A DNA stretch of 63,763 bases, filler included, from Phoronis australis (GCA_002633005.1; 7 parts of 7 records of this genome joined end to end with filler, not necessarily neighbours in it), one strand, 5' to 3'; positions 51,321 to 63,644 are shown, numbered from the whole stretch's first letter. The notes: generated by a model not told the origin, from the letters alone. Translations and numbers: made by a program.

Positions 51321-52730
51321 ATTTTTATGCGCCCACATATTTATATGTGGGTGCATTATGTCGTCATCTCCGTCCGTCCGTCCGGGCGGCGTCCGTCCGG
51401 CGTCCGCTGCTCTATCTCCAAAACCCTTTGACATATATTCATGAAATTTGGCACATCTATATGTTCCATTCATGAATCATATGGGACGGCAGGAGCTAAC
51501 TTTCGGACGATCCAACTACCGGTGCGCCCCCTAGTGGCAAGTCCTGAATGGATTTTCATAAAATTTGGTATGTACGTAGGCACTTATTAGTGAGATGACG
51601 CTATCCTCCCGTTTTTTTGGATGGATTCGACGCAGTTTGCGCCACCTAGTGGCCATTTTTACTGTTTTGGAGTCTGTTTTTCTGCGTCCACCTCTCTATC
51701 TACCAAACCGCTCAAATGATTATTGTGAAAATTGGCATGTATGTGCTTACTATAAAAAAGGCAGTTGACGATGATTTTCCGACGATTTCGACTACTGTGG
51801 CGCCTCCTAGTGGCATTTTTTGCGCGTATGGCTGTATCTCCTAAACCGTTCGCAGGATCTTTACGAAATTTATATGATGTCTACTACGGACGATGACGAC
51901 TTTTGGACGGATCTGACTACGAGTGTGCCCCCTACTGGCAATTTTATTTTTTTACGTTTACCTTTGTATCTTCAAAAGTCCGAAACGGATTTTCATGAAA
52001 CTTAATGTGTAGGCATCTATTAGTGAGTTGACTCTATCCTCCCGTTTTCGGGTGGATTCGAGGTAGTTTGCGCCACCTAGCGGCCATTTTTAATGTTTTT
52101 GAGTCTGTTTTTGCGTCTACCCCTCTATCAACCAAACCGCTCAAAGGATTATTGTGAAAACTGGCATGTATGTGCTTACTATAAAAAAGGCAGTTGACGA
52201 TGATTTTCCGACGAGTTCGACAACTGTGGCGCCTTCTAGAGGCAGTTTTGTTTTTGTTGCGCCTACGGCTGTATCTCCTAAACCGGTCGCAGGATCTTTA
52301 CTTAATTTAGCAAGTGTACTTCTGTGATGTTGACTACGGATGACGACGACTTTCAGACAGATCTGACTACTTCTGTGCCCCCTAGTGGCAATTTTAGTTT
52401 TTTACGTGTAACTCAGTATCTTCAAAGGTCCTCAACAGATTTTCATAAAATTTTTAAAATATGCTTCTATTGGTGTGATGATGCTATCTGCCTGATTTTG
52501 GATGGAATGGACGTATTTTGCACCACGTTATGGCCACTTTTGCTGTTTTCAAATCTTGTTTTTGGTGCCCATCCCTGTATCAACCAAATCATTTGAAAAT
52601 TGGCATTTATTTTCTCAGTGTGAAGACGACCTTTGGTAACTGATTACTGTGGCGCCTCCTAGTGGTAGTTTCGTTTTGCGCTCATAGTTGTATCTCCTAA
52701 ACCTACTACAAGATTTTTTTGCTAAATTTT
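51321..52730 (+). mobile_element. HINE family C copy, forward orientation, intact 5' end
   Basis: TTTTTATGCGCCCACATAT-tt-ATATGTGGGTGCAT hairpin, a (GTCC)n microsatellite as in DINE-1-like elements, then ~145-bp subrepeats with GCGCC.CCTAGTGGC. Confidence 0.87.
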
Positions 52731-54184
52731 TTTTGCCAAAAGTTTTATTGTTATCTTAATGCAAATACAATAAAGCCAAACAGTATAAACATTCGCCCAC
52801 AGTCACGCTCACATTCATACACAGGGGGGCCATTGGCTGTATGTAGTATAAATTAAAATAAAGGTGCTAGAGGGGCCCATCGTTCCTCGAAGTCGAGATA
52901 CCTGCACTGGTTACATTACATAACCTTTTCTACTTTGTAGTAATCAAAAACAAAATGTTTAAAAAGTGCAAAACATGGTTCTACATTCTGNNNNNNNNNN
53001 NNNNNNNNNNNNNNNNNNNNNNNNNNNNNNNNNNTTAATTAATTAANNNNNNNNNNNNNNNNNNNNNNNNNNNNNNNNNNNNNNNNNNNNCTTTAAGGGA
53101 AGTCTCTCAATGAGATCCTTGAAGGTAGCCTCCGGCGACCAAAACACCCTCTTGACACCAGAAATACAAGTACTTTTTTAATAAAGTGTTGCTTTTGTTT
53201 CTTGCATACAACAGAAAGTAATTAATTGCCACGTAGATTTCACCGTCCATAATTGGTAGCCCCTTCGAGCGCCCCAGACGGAAATTCTCAATCAATCAAC
53301 GTAAAGTGGTACATATGACATCTTCGAGCCAAATTAAAGGACCTGTTGTCGCCGATTACAATACGGGACGAACACTCGACAGCAGCCCCATATCGGAATC
53401 GCGCAGCGTTCACATAATTATTTGGCTCAGTCAGAAGACATGAATGCAAAGTTCCTAACATCAAAATTTTTGTATCAAGCAAACTGCAATTGATAATAAA
53501 CATCGTGAATAGCCTAATAACAATTCGGACGACGAGTTTTGTTTTTTCGACTGCAACGTAATAGAACGTCTGCTAAATAACTGAGTCACATATTTTTAAG
53601 GTAACGATTTTGACCAATTTGAATATTCTTTTTTCCACATATTTTGCACTAAGCCTAAATTAAACGGCCAGTCTTCACTGATTTCAATACGATGGAGTCA
53701 CGGTGAAAGCCAAAATTCGTTGTGTCGATGATGTCATAGACTTAGATTGGTGCAAGCACCATCTCAACTTTTTTGCGCTAAATGGGGTTCGTGATGGGCT
53801 GATTTGTTGTAAAAGGCCTACTTAATTAACGATTGGGGTACACTATTACTTACGTACATGTATGTTGATGTTTTTCATCAACACATGTAGCTTAGATTTA
53901 AAAATAGTCATTTTGGCACCACAGTCAGTGGCATATCTAGGATATCACAAGGGGGGGGGCAAGCGTTTTGTCTGAAAACACAGCACGATTAGATGCACAT
54001 AGCACCGAATGGGTGAAAGTCGGGAGGGGGGTTCGCCCCCCTCCTGCCCAGGAATTTTTTCTGTTTTTTTCCTCTAAATATCAAGCATTTTCCTTGATTC
54101 CTGAAGTATTGTCCAAGAAAAAAGGCAAAGAAAAAGAAAAAAAACAAACGGAGAACGTGTCAAAACGTGAAAATCTGCAATTAT

Positions 54185-54246
54185 CACAAACTTGAACTCA
54201 CGACCTGGCTGATAGAGCGCGCGTGCTTTGCCACTGCACCACCACG
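54185..54246 (-). mobile_element. tRNA-derived SINE head remnant
   Basis: Minus strand has an A-box TGGTGCAGTGG and a B-box GAGTTCAAG at tRNA-like spacing, but no complete cloverleaf. Confidence 0.45.
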
Positions 54247-54772
54247 ATTCCACACATAATTTGATAAGAGACCTACTTCTTTATGGTGCACAGCGTTTGC
54301 GCGCGAAACCTACTTCTTTTTGTAATGCTTATTACACTTTTTATATTTTGTGCAATCAGTTCGTAACAAATTTGTTGTATTTAAAATAGTCTTCAATTGC
54401 CCAAAAGACCAAATCCGTTTTTTGTGTTGGCATTAATGACGCGATTGCTTTGGAAATCGTTTGACAAAGAGAGAATTATGAGTTTCTGAGTTATTCACTA
54501 AGGCTTCGATTAAAATTCACATCTTACCATCGTCGCTTAGATTCCATTTTCTTTAAAAAAATGAAGTAATTTTCTTCATTGCACAGTGAAGCAGACGACG
54601 GAAACGGAGTGCGCAGGGCCACTGCCGGTCACCTGGGATATCGCGGGAGAGCCTATACTTAGCCATAGTTTCGTTACGATTGAGCCGTGTTCCGAATTTG
54701 ACACTTGAAATTGGCCCTGAGCCCCCCCCCCCTCCAACACACTAAAACTGTACACATTTAAATCTTGTTTCN

Positions 54773-55363
54773 TTCGATTGCTCCGCGTTGGCCTCGTTGC
54801 ACCCGTCGATAGTGTGCACTGATGACTCGGTGTTGAGGAAGTCCATTGTTCCATACTGATCTGGACCGGAAAACCCTCTCGCGTAGTGACAGTCTGACCA
54901 GGCCTTTGACGTACGTTTTCGAGTTTTCCGAGATCGGGAAACGACTGTTCGTTTACTGATGGATAATTACTCTTTTTCGTCCATTAGCATTATCACTATC
55001 GTTCTTTAACGCCGTCGTCATGTTTTGTCACTCTATGGTCGTCATATCCGTAAAAATTCGTCATCGTCGGGATGATAGTGTTAATGGTTTTCGTCGTAGC
55101 ATTCAGTATCACCAGTTACAAACTTCATTCTATTTCGCTAAATGTTCATCTAAACATGGGTGCACCCCAGTCTCTTATGGTGCGCCGTCGTATAGAAGGC
55201 ATAATATGGTGTGGAATCGATTCCATGGCCGCCTCCGAATTACTCTAGCTGTAAGGCTTCGTGCCTTTAACATCCCAGTACCGCACCAAACCGGTAAACA
55301 AGTATTTACCTGTGCCCTAGCTGCCTAAACTCTAGCTGATGGGTATGTTTTCGCAATCGAAAC
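54773..55363 (+). repeat. 591-bp segment repeated at 60585-61175
   Basis: Apparently identical, with the same 102-aa ORF at 55020 and 60832 (offset 5812). Both copies abut gaps. Confidence 0.93.
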
Positions 55364-55503
55364 AAATTGTCTCCCGTGCAACAATATGTCAAGTGCAACG
55401 ATATTTGTCACTGCAGACTGCAGCTAGGCCAATTACTGTAAACATTCAAGCGAGTGCAACTGCCGATGGTCGTTGGCGTGAATAGTCCCAAAAGGTTCCA
55501 CCT

Positions 55504-55745
55504 CAGTGGCGGATATACGTTTTCAGTAAGGGGGTGGGGGGACGATTCGAGTGAATCCGAGGCGCGTAGCGCGGAGTGGAAGGAAGGTCGGGAGTAGGTT
55601 TCCCTCCTCCCGTGTAAGATTTTTTTGTGTTTTTCAGTAGCTGATTTCGTTTTTCTGGCGATTTTTTTTCAATTTTTATTTTTGATCCTGTACCAAGGGG
55701 GGGGGGGCTTTGAACCCCCTGATTTCCCCTGTAGATACGTCTCTG
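55504..55745 (+). mobile_element. MITE (CAGTGGC-terminated family), copy 2
   Basis: CAGTGGCGGATATAC ... GTAGATACGTCTCTG, homologous to 1139-1390. Confidence 0.78.
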
Positions 55746-56502
55746 CACTCCCATGACTGAGCTATGCGCGATCAATTGATTTCCTCAGAAACTAACTCCA
55801 TTTGCTAACTTAATGTAATACTATTTCTCACAATTGAGTTTCCATCTAATGTACTAGATTTACGTGAGCTCACTTTTCCCGGGAGTCCACTTGTCATTTT
55901 AGTTGCATGGGAAATTTAAGCCTCAGGCTGCTCCACAGAGATTCTCAAGAAGATGTCTTTTGCTAATTACTTCGTGTGAATTACTTTCCTCTTTAAGGTA
56001 CGTACATAATTTTAGGCTAAAAATCCTATCTATTCCAGTTTGAGATTTTATACGGATTGCGAATCTAAAATCAGTCTTTCATCCACCGGATTCAATAAAG
56101 AAAGTTTAATTTGTAGAAGACTTATCGCTTGTGATTGCCGAAATAGTTTTATCTGGTTAGTCTCACGGTTTTTAGAGCTGCCCCTCGTTTTCAGTATGTC
56201 ATTATGTAAATACGTTATAACTTAATCTTTAGTTTTAACAGCACCGCCAAGTCAGGGTAGGTACGATCTTATTAGAGATTAGAGCAATTATCGAACAAAA
56301 GAGAGCTGGCCCTCCAACTATAAATGCCAGAATGGAGTTAATCAGTCGTGTAAGATAAATGTATTGGCTACTGCGGTAAACTTCCCAACTTGTTGTTGAG
56401 CTATAGAATCGAACAAGTTGGGAGCAACGGAAAAACGCCGTAATGGTCCCACCAACCGGCTTTCTACTCTCGGTGTTCCAGATCGGAAGCCTACTGCACA
56501 AG

Positions 56503-56938
56503 CAGCCTTGTCAAGAGGGTGAGAGTCGGTTTAGCCATTTGAGGCTTCGTTACGGAAATTAGGTTCAGCGCAATGATTGGCCACTGCCTTGACGTCACTA
56601 AAACAACGCCAGATTTTAATTAATTTCACAAGCGTTGTTACTGCCAATCATTAAGCAGAAAACTAATTGTTTTGTATGGTTATTGTTTGAATGAAATAAA
56701 ATTTGTTTTATTGATCCGAGAGAAATTAACCTGATTTGGAATCAAAGTACATCATTTTTGCACCAATGTATACCTAAATTGCTGCAATTACCCGTTATTT
56801 TTCATTTTCATATAAAACTGCAGAGAATTTCAAAATTATGTTACTAGTGATTTTCCGGTGATTTCCGTAAAACTTTCATTTTCCATAACCAAGCCTCAAA
56901 TGGCTAAACCGCCAACTTGAGGCTTGGGGACGAGGCTG
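56503..56938. mobile_element. MITE with bipartite inverted ends (Academ-like YAG termini)
   Basis: Ends CAGCCTTGTC ... GACGAGGCTG with a perfect 21-bp inner IR CGGTTTAGCCATTTGAGGCTT / AAGCCTCAAATGGCTAAACCG. The flanking 9-mers match at 6/9 positions. Confidence 0.65.
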
Positions 56939-57530
56939 CAGTGCAAGTTACTCCAATAAAGATCCAGGCAGCCACACCACCCTTTTGTTGACTGCGATAT
57001 CTAACAAAGACAAATTGTGCATAGGCGGATTTAGGGGTANGGGGGGGGTAATCGTTTGTTCCCGCTTTTTATAGTCCACCGATAGATTTCCTGAACAAAA
57101 GGTTCGCATCCCCGGCCCCCGGCCCCCACAGTGACTTTCGGGTCACCTGTGCACGTACAACCGCGCTTTGCCCAATTCCCCCGATGCAAAATGTTGGGCG
57201 CCCCGTTATGGTATTCTTGGTCCGCCATTGTTGTGTTTATGGTTTTTGTCGTAAAATGGGAGATTTTAGTTACAGTATGCATCGTTCGCAACCGACATTA
57301 CCGAGCCGGGGAGCGTTCTCAAGCACAAATTCAGCGTGCACACGGCAAATTCATTCACGCGAGCCAATGCGGTTTCAAGTTGCGTTCAAGTTCGAGACCA
57401 TTTTTTTTCAATCAGGCACGTGCTTCACCTCGCTGTAATTTCCCTACGTGCCTAGCCAGCACGCAGTAGCTTTAGCATTGGTTGATGTAACCTTGGCAGT
57501 CATTGGTTAGCTTTACAACAACGTGAAAAA

Positions 57531-57564
57531 ATGGCGGACTATGAACGATTTTTAGCCTTGTCGT
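57531..57564 (+). CDS. Possible first coding exon (MADYERFLALS)
   Basis: AAAATGGCGG start preceded by CCAAT/ATTGG boxes in CpG-rich DNA and followed by GTAAGT. Could belong to a host gene or a transposon. Confidence 0.3.
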
Positions 57565-58960
57565 GTAAGTGGCAACTACATTGTACATTGTATTTCGCTT
57601 TAGCAATAATGGTTAATAGCCGGGTGCTTGAAGCACATAGCATGTACATGTACAATAAACGCATATTTGGCAGATTTAACCGGTGTGTTATTCATACTGT
57701 ACAATGTATGACTACAGGACAGTATCGTAAACAAAAATCATCGACAGTAGAAAAATGCAATCCAAAAAGGCGCAGCCACAATTTCTGGGATTCACATTTC
57801 CTGAACATAAATTTTAAGCATCGATTTTCCTGTACAACAGACCACATTTACACTTCCTCCATCAGTCACGCCCGCTCCTTTGCGTAAAGCCGTACCTGTT
57901 GAGAATTCAAAAAGCCAATCAGAAACGCCGGTGCAAAAAAATACCCGAGGAAAAGTAGGTGGCACCGAACAGCTAGGCTGCTGCCGCGGCCAATTTACAC
58001 TGCCAAAATATTGAAAACTAGGGGTAGGCCAGGCTTGGGGTCATGTTTAATTAGGTATTGTATGTAAGCCATGTGAATATGGTTTGTTCGTATTTGTGAA
58101 CGTGCTGAGAATAAAAAGGCCACTATCTCGGATGTAGCTGCACTCTTCTTCAACATGGTGGCCCCCTGTTGCAATTGTGCATTGCTATGCATCAACTGAA
58201 AAATTGGCCGCGATTTCAGGTAGCCCTCAAACAAGCCAGATTTGCAAAATAAAAAAAATAGTTGCAAGGGTTGACAATAATGTTGGACCACATCGGTAGG
58301 AAATTTGCTTTCGGAATCTAATGTTGGCTATATAGTCGAGCATCGGTAGGGATGAGGTGGTTTTGGGGTGAAAAGTGCCGATTTAGCATTTTTTGCCCTT
58401 ATTTTTCTTAGTCTAGCTTGGTTTTCAGTGGGAGTGAAAGGGTCAAAAATACAAGAGAGAATAAAGTTTCTGTGCTCATCTGTAGGGCTTGTGATGTGAA
58501 ATGACTCAAAACTTTTCTTTCTTTGCATGCATGAGTGCTCTTGACAGAGTAAAGAAAGGGTGAAGAGCCCACTGACGTGTGTTCTGATTGGAAAATCTCT
58601 GTGACAACTGTTCTGTGCCTCCTTAAAGGCGAGGGCAACCTTTTTCCATGTCATTTTGAGCTAAAATAAGGTTGGTTGGTTATCCTAGACATATTTTCCA
58701 CTTAATTACAGCTTTTCGTAAGTTTATAAATTACTCGTCCGCTACTCCGGAAGTGACGTTTTAGGAGGCAAGCGTTTCCCGCCACTTGGTTTTACGTTGA
58801 CTTTAGCGTGCGAATCTGTTCTATTCTACTTTTGTTTTGTGCTGTTTTTCAACAATTGTCGCCACCACTTTCCATCGGCGAGTATTCTGCGGCAAGATAA
58901 GTTAGTAGAGAACTCAACTACGTTGGATTTAGGTATTGTTTAGTGTGTTGTAAGCTGAAA

Positions 58961-59279
58961 ATGGCTGGAGTCGGTGACCCGTATCACAGTGACAGTAGTG
59001 TGAGTGACGGAGACCTTGTTCACAGCAGTGGTGACGAGGAATTTTTTCACGGACATTCAGTGCGTGGGTACATGTTTGAGCCCGATTAGCCCGAGTTACA
59101 ACGAGGCAGAGTACGCACAGGCACAGGCAGCTGTTGAGAGAAACGAGGCTGCTACTGAGGACAGACGTGGTGACACATCTTGGTGCAAATGCACTGTGTG
59201 CGTTAATTGTTATGCCTACCTCAATGGAATGCTTGTGCTGTTCAGAGTTCGACGAGGCCAAGCCACTACTGGACAAGGT
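58961..59279 (+). pseudogene. KolX / P2X7 C-terminal (ballast)-like protein, frameshifted and truncated
   Basis: Reads MAGVGD..DEEFF..RGYMFEP, frameshift, ..TEDRRGDTSWCKCTVC, frameshift, VMPTSMECLCCSEFDE. These are the YMFEP and WCxCxxC..MP...EC.CC.E signature motifs. Confidence 0.82.
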
Positions 59280-59674
59280 TAAGTGGACCTCCGGCATACC
59301 ACGGACAGAGGAACAACTGTCCCACTTGCCAGAGTGTCCCGCGACACACTCCCACTGGATGGTGACATGAGCACTCAAACTGCTTACATCGAGTCGTGTG
59401 ACTCCCTCGCCACACACCTGGCACCTTCTAAATATACAAGTCCACAATAAACTTATCAAAGTTTGGCTCACCGATCTGTTCACTGAACGACAAACTGTCC
59501 TCTTCACTGGGTGTCGATCCTGGGCCTTTAATCACTCCCACTACTCAATATCGCTGCAGGGCTGCTTAGAGGCTCTGGGCTGGAGAAAACAGCACAGGGC
59601 GAATCACTACTGGTTTCAGGAATTGCACGCTCTGGGGTACGTTCGGAGGCACAGGTGACAGTAGATGAAGTGCC
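59280..59674 (-). pseudogene. Kolobok transposase central region, frameshifted; catalytic core deleted
   Basis: Reads EQIGEPNFDKFIV, frameshift, IFRRCQVCGEGVTRLDVSSLSAHVTIQWECVAGHSGKWDS, matching the KFIV...F..C..CG...C..GH...W.S pattern of Kolobok-type transposases. Confidence 0.72.
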
Positions 59675-60061
59675 TCAACTGGCTCCAGTCACTTTACTGG
59701 CCACAGCTCGCGAGGCTTCTCGCTTCAAAAAAGCACTTCTCGGGGGTGGCGACGGGGCACTGCCGGGAATCAACACAGACGGAATGGCATCCTTCTTCAG
59801 GCGTTGTTTCGCAGGGACCTTCGTCAGTTCAGCGTACAAATCCCTTTCGTAAGCGGAGGGCAAAAAGTGCTTGCCACACACACGGTAATTCGCCACTGCT
59901 TTGTACATGTACGTTACGTGGACGGGTAACGCTGCCTTCTGCACACGAACGAGCCAAGTACGGCGAAGTCTGTCATCCATCGGAAAGCGATGCAAAGGTA
60001 CTCCCAAAGCGCGCGTGAGTCGATAATTAGTACAGTCCGGTACGCAGCAACAGTGTGGCAT
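59675..60061 (-). CDS. THAP zinc-finger domain ORF (N-terminus of Kolobok transposase)
   Basis: MPHCCCVPDCTN...LHRFP...RRTW...VCGKHF...RLKKDAIPSV: complete C2CH signature, conserved P/W/F residues and an AVP-like box. Confidence 0.92.
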   Translation of the reverse strand: MPHCCCVPDCTNYRLTRALGVPLHRFPMDDRLRRTWLVRVQKAALPVHVTYMYKAVANYRVCGKHFLPSAYERDLYAELTKVPAKQRLKKDAIPSVLIPGSAPSPPPRSAFLKREASRAVASKVTGAS

Positions 60062-61275
60062 CTTGACTGACTAGTAAATGAAAGCAAACGACGACGGAAC
60101 TTAACACAACCGAGGTAGAACAATGACTGACTCGGCAGCNTCCGCCTACAGTGTATGTACCAGCACCTTCTGCTTTTTGATCGTCACTCAGGTTCTATTT
60201 TCTTTAAAAAATGAAGTAAATTTACTTCATTGGACAGGGGAGCCGTAGTGCGCAACGCCACTGCCGGTCGCCTGGGATATTGCGGGAAAGCGTAAACAAT
60301 GTACGTAGTCATAGTTCCGTTAAGATTGCGCCGTGTTCCAAATCTGACACTTGAAATTGGATCTGAGCCCCCCAAACCCTAAAACTGCACACATTTAAAT
60401 CTTGTTTCATCGTTATAATTTTAATTACCGGGGTTAATTAATAAACTCAGCATTTCCCTACGCTCTTGCTGTTTTATTTTTTTGCGGCAACCAAGGGGGG
60501 GGGTGCCCGGGGCCCCTTGGCCCCCCCTAAATCCGCCTATGTCGCTAGGCACGTCGCAGAGATGGCCCATGTTCCACTTCAGTTTTCGATTGCTCCGCGT
60601 TGGCCTCGTTGCACCCGTCGATAGTGTGCACTGATGACTCGGTGTTGAGGAAGTCCATTGTTCCATACTGATCTGGACCGGAAAACCCTCTCGCGTAGTG
60701 ACAGTCTGACCAGGCCTTTGACGTACGTTTTCGAGTTTTCCGAGATCGGGAAACGACTGTTCGTTTACTGATGGATAATTACTCTTTTTCGTCCATTAGC
60801 ATTATCACTATCGTTCTTTAACGCCGTCGTCATGTTTTGTCACTCTATGGTCGTCATATCCGTAAAAATTCGTCATCGTCGGGATGATAGTGTTAATGGT
60901 TTTCGTCGTAGCATTCAGTATCACCAGTTACAAACTTCATTCTATTTCGCTAAATGTTCATCTAAACATGGGTGCACCCCAGTCTCTTATGGTGCGCCGT
61001 CGTATAGAAGGCATAATATGGTGTGGAATCGATTCCATGGCCGCCTCCGAATTACTCTAGCTGTAAGGCTTCGTGCCTTTAACATCCCAGTACCGCACCA
61101 AACCGGTAAACAAGTATTTACCTGTGCCCTAGCTGCCTAAACTCTAGCTGATGGGTATGTTTTCGCAATCGAAACNNNNNNNNNNNNNNNNNNNNNNNNN
61201 NNNNNNNNNNNNNNNNNNNTTAATTAATTAANNNNNNNNNNNNNNNNNNNNNNNNNNNNNNNNNNNNNNNNNNNN

Positions 61276-62966
61276 CACAGTATAATGAGTGTCTATCTTA
61301 CCAAGAGACAACAGTATAACGAGTGTGTATCTTACCCAGAGACCACAGTATAATGAGTGTGTATCTTACCAAGAGACCACAGTATAGTGAGTATGTATCT
61401 TACCTAGAGACCACAGTATGAGTGTGTATCTTACCTAGAGACCACAGTATAATGAGTATGTATCTTACCTAGAGACCACAGTATAATGAGTATGTATCTT
61501 ACCAAGAGACCATAGTATAATGAGTGTGTATCTTACCTAGAGACCACAGTATAATGAGCGTGTATCTTACCTAGAGATCACAGTATAATGAGTGTGTATC
61601 TTACCTAGAGACCACAGTATGAGTGTGTATCTTACATAGAGACCACAGTATAATGAGTATGGATCTTACCTAGAGACCACAGTATAATGAGTATGTATCT
61701 TACCTGGAGACCACAGTATAATGAGTGTGTATCTTACCTAGAGATCACAGTATAATGAGTGTCTATCTTACCAAGAGACCACAGTATAATGAGTGTGTAT
61801 CTTACCAAGAGACCACAGTATAATGAGTATGTATCTTAGCTAGAGACCACAGTATAATGAGTGTGTATCTTACCTAGAGACCACAGTATAATGAGTATGT
61901 ATCTTACCTGGAGACCACAGTATGATGAGTGTGTATCTTACCTAGAGATCACAGTATAATGAGTGTCTATCTTACCTGGAGACCACTGTATAATGAGTGT
62001 GTATCTTACCTGGAGACCACAGCATAATGAGTGTGTATCTTACCTGGAGACCACAGTATAATGAGTGTGTATCATACCTAGAGACCATATAATGAGTGTC
62101 TATCTTACCTAGATACCACAGTATAACGAGTGTGTATCTTTCCTAGAGACCACAGTATAATGAATGTCTATCTTACCTAGAGACCACAATATAATGAGTG
62201 CGTATCTTACCTAGAGACCACAGTATAACAAGTGTCTATCTTACCAAGAGACCACAGTATAATGAGTGTGTATCTTACCCAGAGACCACAGTATAATGAG
62301 TGTGTATCTTACCTAGAAACCACAGTATAATGAGTGTCTATCTTACCTAGAAACCACAGTATAATGAGTGTGTATCTTTCCTAGAGACCATTGTATAATG
62401 AGTGTCTATCTTACCAAGAGACCACAGTATAATGAGTGTGTATCTTACCTAGAGATCACAGTATAATGAGTATGTATCTTAATTAGAAACCACAGTATAA
62501 TGAGTGTGTATCATACCTAGAGATCACAGTATAATGAGTGTCTATCTTACCTAGAGATCACAGTATAATGAGTGTCTATCTTACCAAGAGACCACAGTAT
62601 AATGAGTGTGTATCTTACCTAGAGACCACAGTATAATGAGTGTGTATCTTACCTAGAGACCACAGTATAATGAGTGTCTATCTTACCTAGAGACCACAGT
62701 ATAATGAGTGTCTATCTTACCTAGAGACCACACTATAATGAGTGTGTATCTTTCCTAGAGACCACAGTATAATGAATGTCTATCTTTCCTAGNCACAATA
62801 TAATGAGTGTGTATCTTACCTAGAGACCACAGTATAATGAGTGTCTATCTTACCTAGAGACCACAGTATAATGAGTGTGTATCTTACCTAGAGACCACAG
62901 TATAATGAGTGTGTATCTTACCAAGAGACCACAGTATAATGAGTATGTATCTTACCAAGAGACCAT
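61276..62966. repeat. 34-bp satellite, ~50 copies
   Basis: Unit CACAGTATAATGAGTGTGTATCTTACCTAGAGAC with point variants and occasional short deletions. Confidence 0.98.
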
Positions 62967-63644
62967 AGGTCAATGGAGGCATTGAAGCCTTTGGAAATTC
63001 CATTTCTCAATACAGCACGTTGGTAAATAGCTGGGTCCTACAAATGCACATAACAGATATTGGAATGTTGATACATGTGTCTTCCACATAATGGTGCAAC
63101 ATCTAGGCCTGCAGAGGTGCTGCAGAATGGCCACCTGGGATAATATCAAACGATGGAAAACACTACCCAAGACAATAAGACTTTTTCCTCGCCCCAGTAA
63201 CCATCCAAGACCAAAGTAATAACACACAATCCACAATGTTCACACCAGGCGTCTGATCCGGGGGTTTAATGTTCAACCTGAGAGAGACACCTTATCCTTA
63301 CTAATCTCCTCCATGGGAGAAACCTCAGGCTACAACAACAGGCCAAAGAGAAAAAGCATCTTATACCTATGGTCATCTCTCCCAAAAACAACTTGCTCAG
63401 TTCTAATCAATGGAAAGCTAAACATCCAAAGTATAAGCACAAGGTAATGCCCAAAACATATGGAAGTTTACAAAACTTTGTAAACCGTTGAAATTTGTGG
63501 CACACAGATATCCAAAACGATAACACTAAAACATGTGAAAGTAAGTCAAACATCTATTTTCTAAACTTTCACCAATGATTGGCAAAAGCATTCCAACAAA
63601 ACCTTTTTGTTGCTGATTGTGTTCTTGTGCAAACCAAAAAAGAT

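Larger units (their letters stand above)
58627..60139. mobile_element. Kolobok DNA transposon, internally deleted; right end lost at N gap
   Basis: Putative left end TTAA|AGGCGAGGGCAACC, with convergent KolX-like (+) and THAP-transposase (-) genes fused at ~59279. Confidence 0.8.

Noticed and set aside
54185-54246. Functional tRNA gene
   Set aside because: Only the A and B boxes are present; the acceptor and anticodon stems do not pair.
58929-59507. 192-aa ORF as a complete gene
   Set aside because: Chimeric: the first part is the transposase remnant and the rest is antisense read-through of KolX past the deletion junction.
54773-61175. 591-bp direct repeats as LTRs or long terminal direct repeats of the THAP element
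   Set aside because: Both copies abut assembly gaps, lack TG..CA ends and TSDs, and have no retroviral genes between them. Haplotype or assembly redundancy is more likely.
61276-62966. 34-bp repeat array as a CRISPR
   Set aside because: Units are head-to-tail with no unique spacers, there are no cas genes, and the context is eukaryotic. The same applies to the 40-, 31-, 25-, 46- and 49-bp arrays.
62970-63280. Minus-strand exon after CTCTCTCAG acceptor
   Set aside because: No recognisable peptide or partner exon, so support is insufficient.
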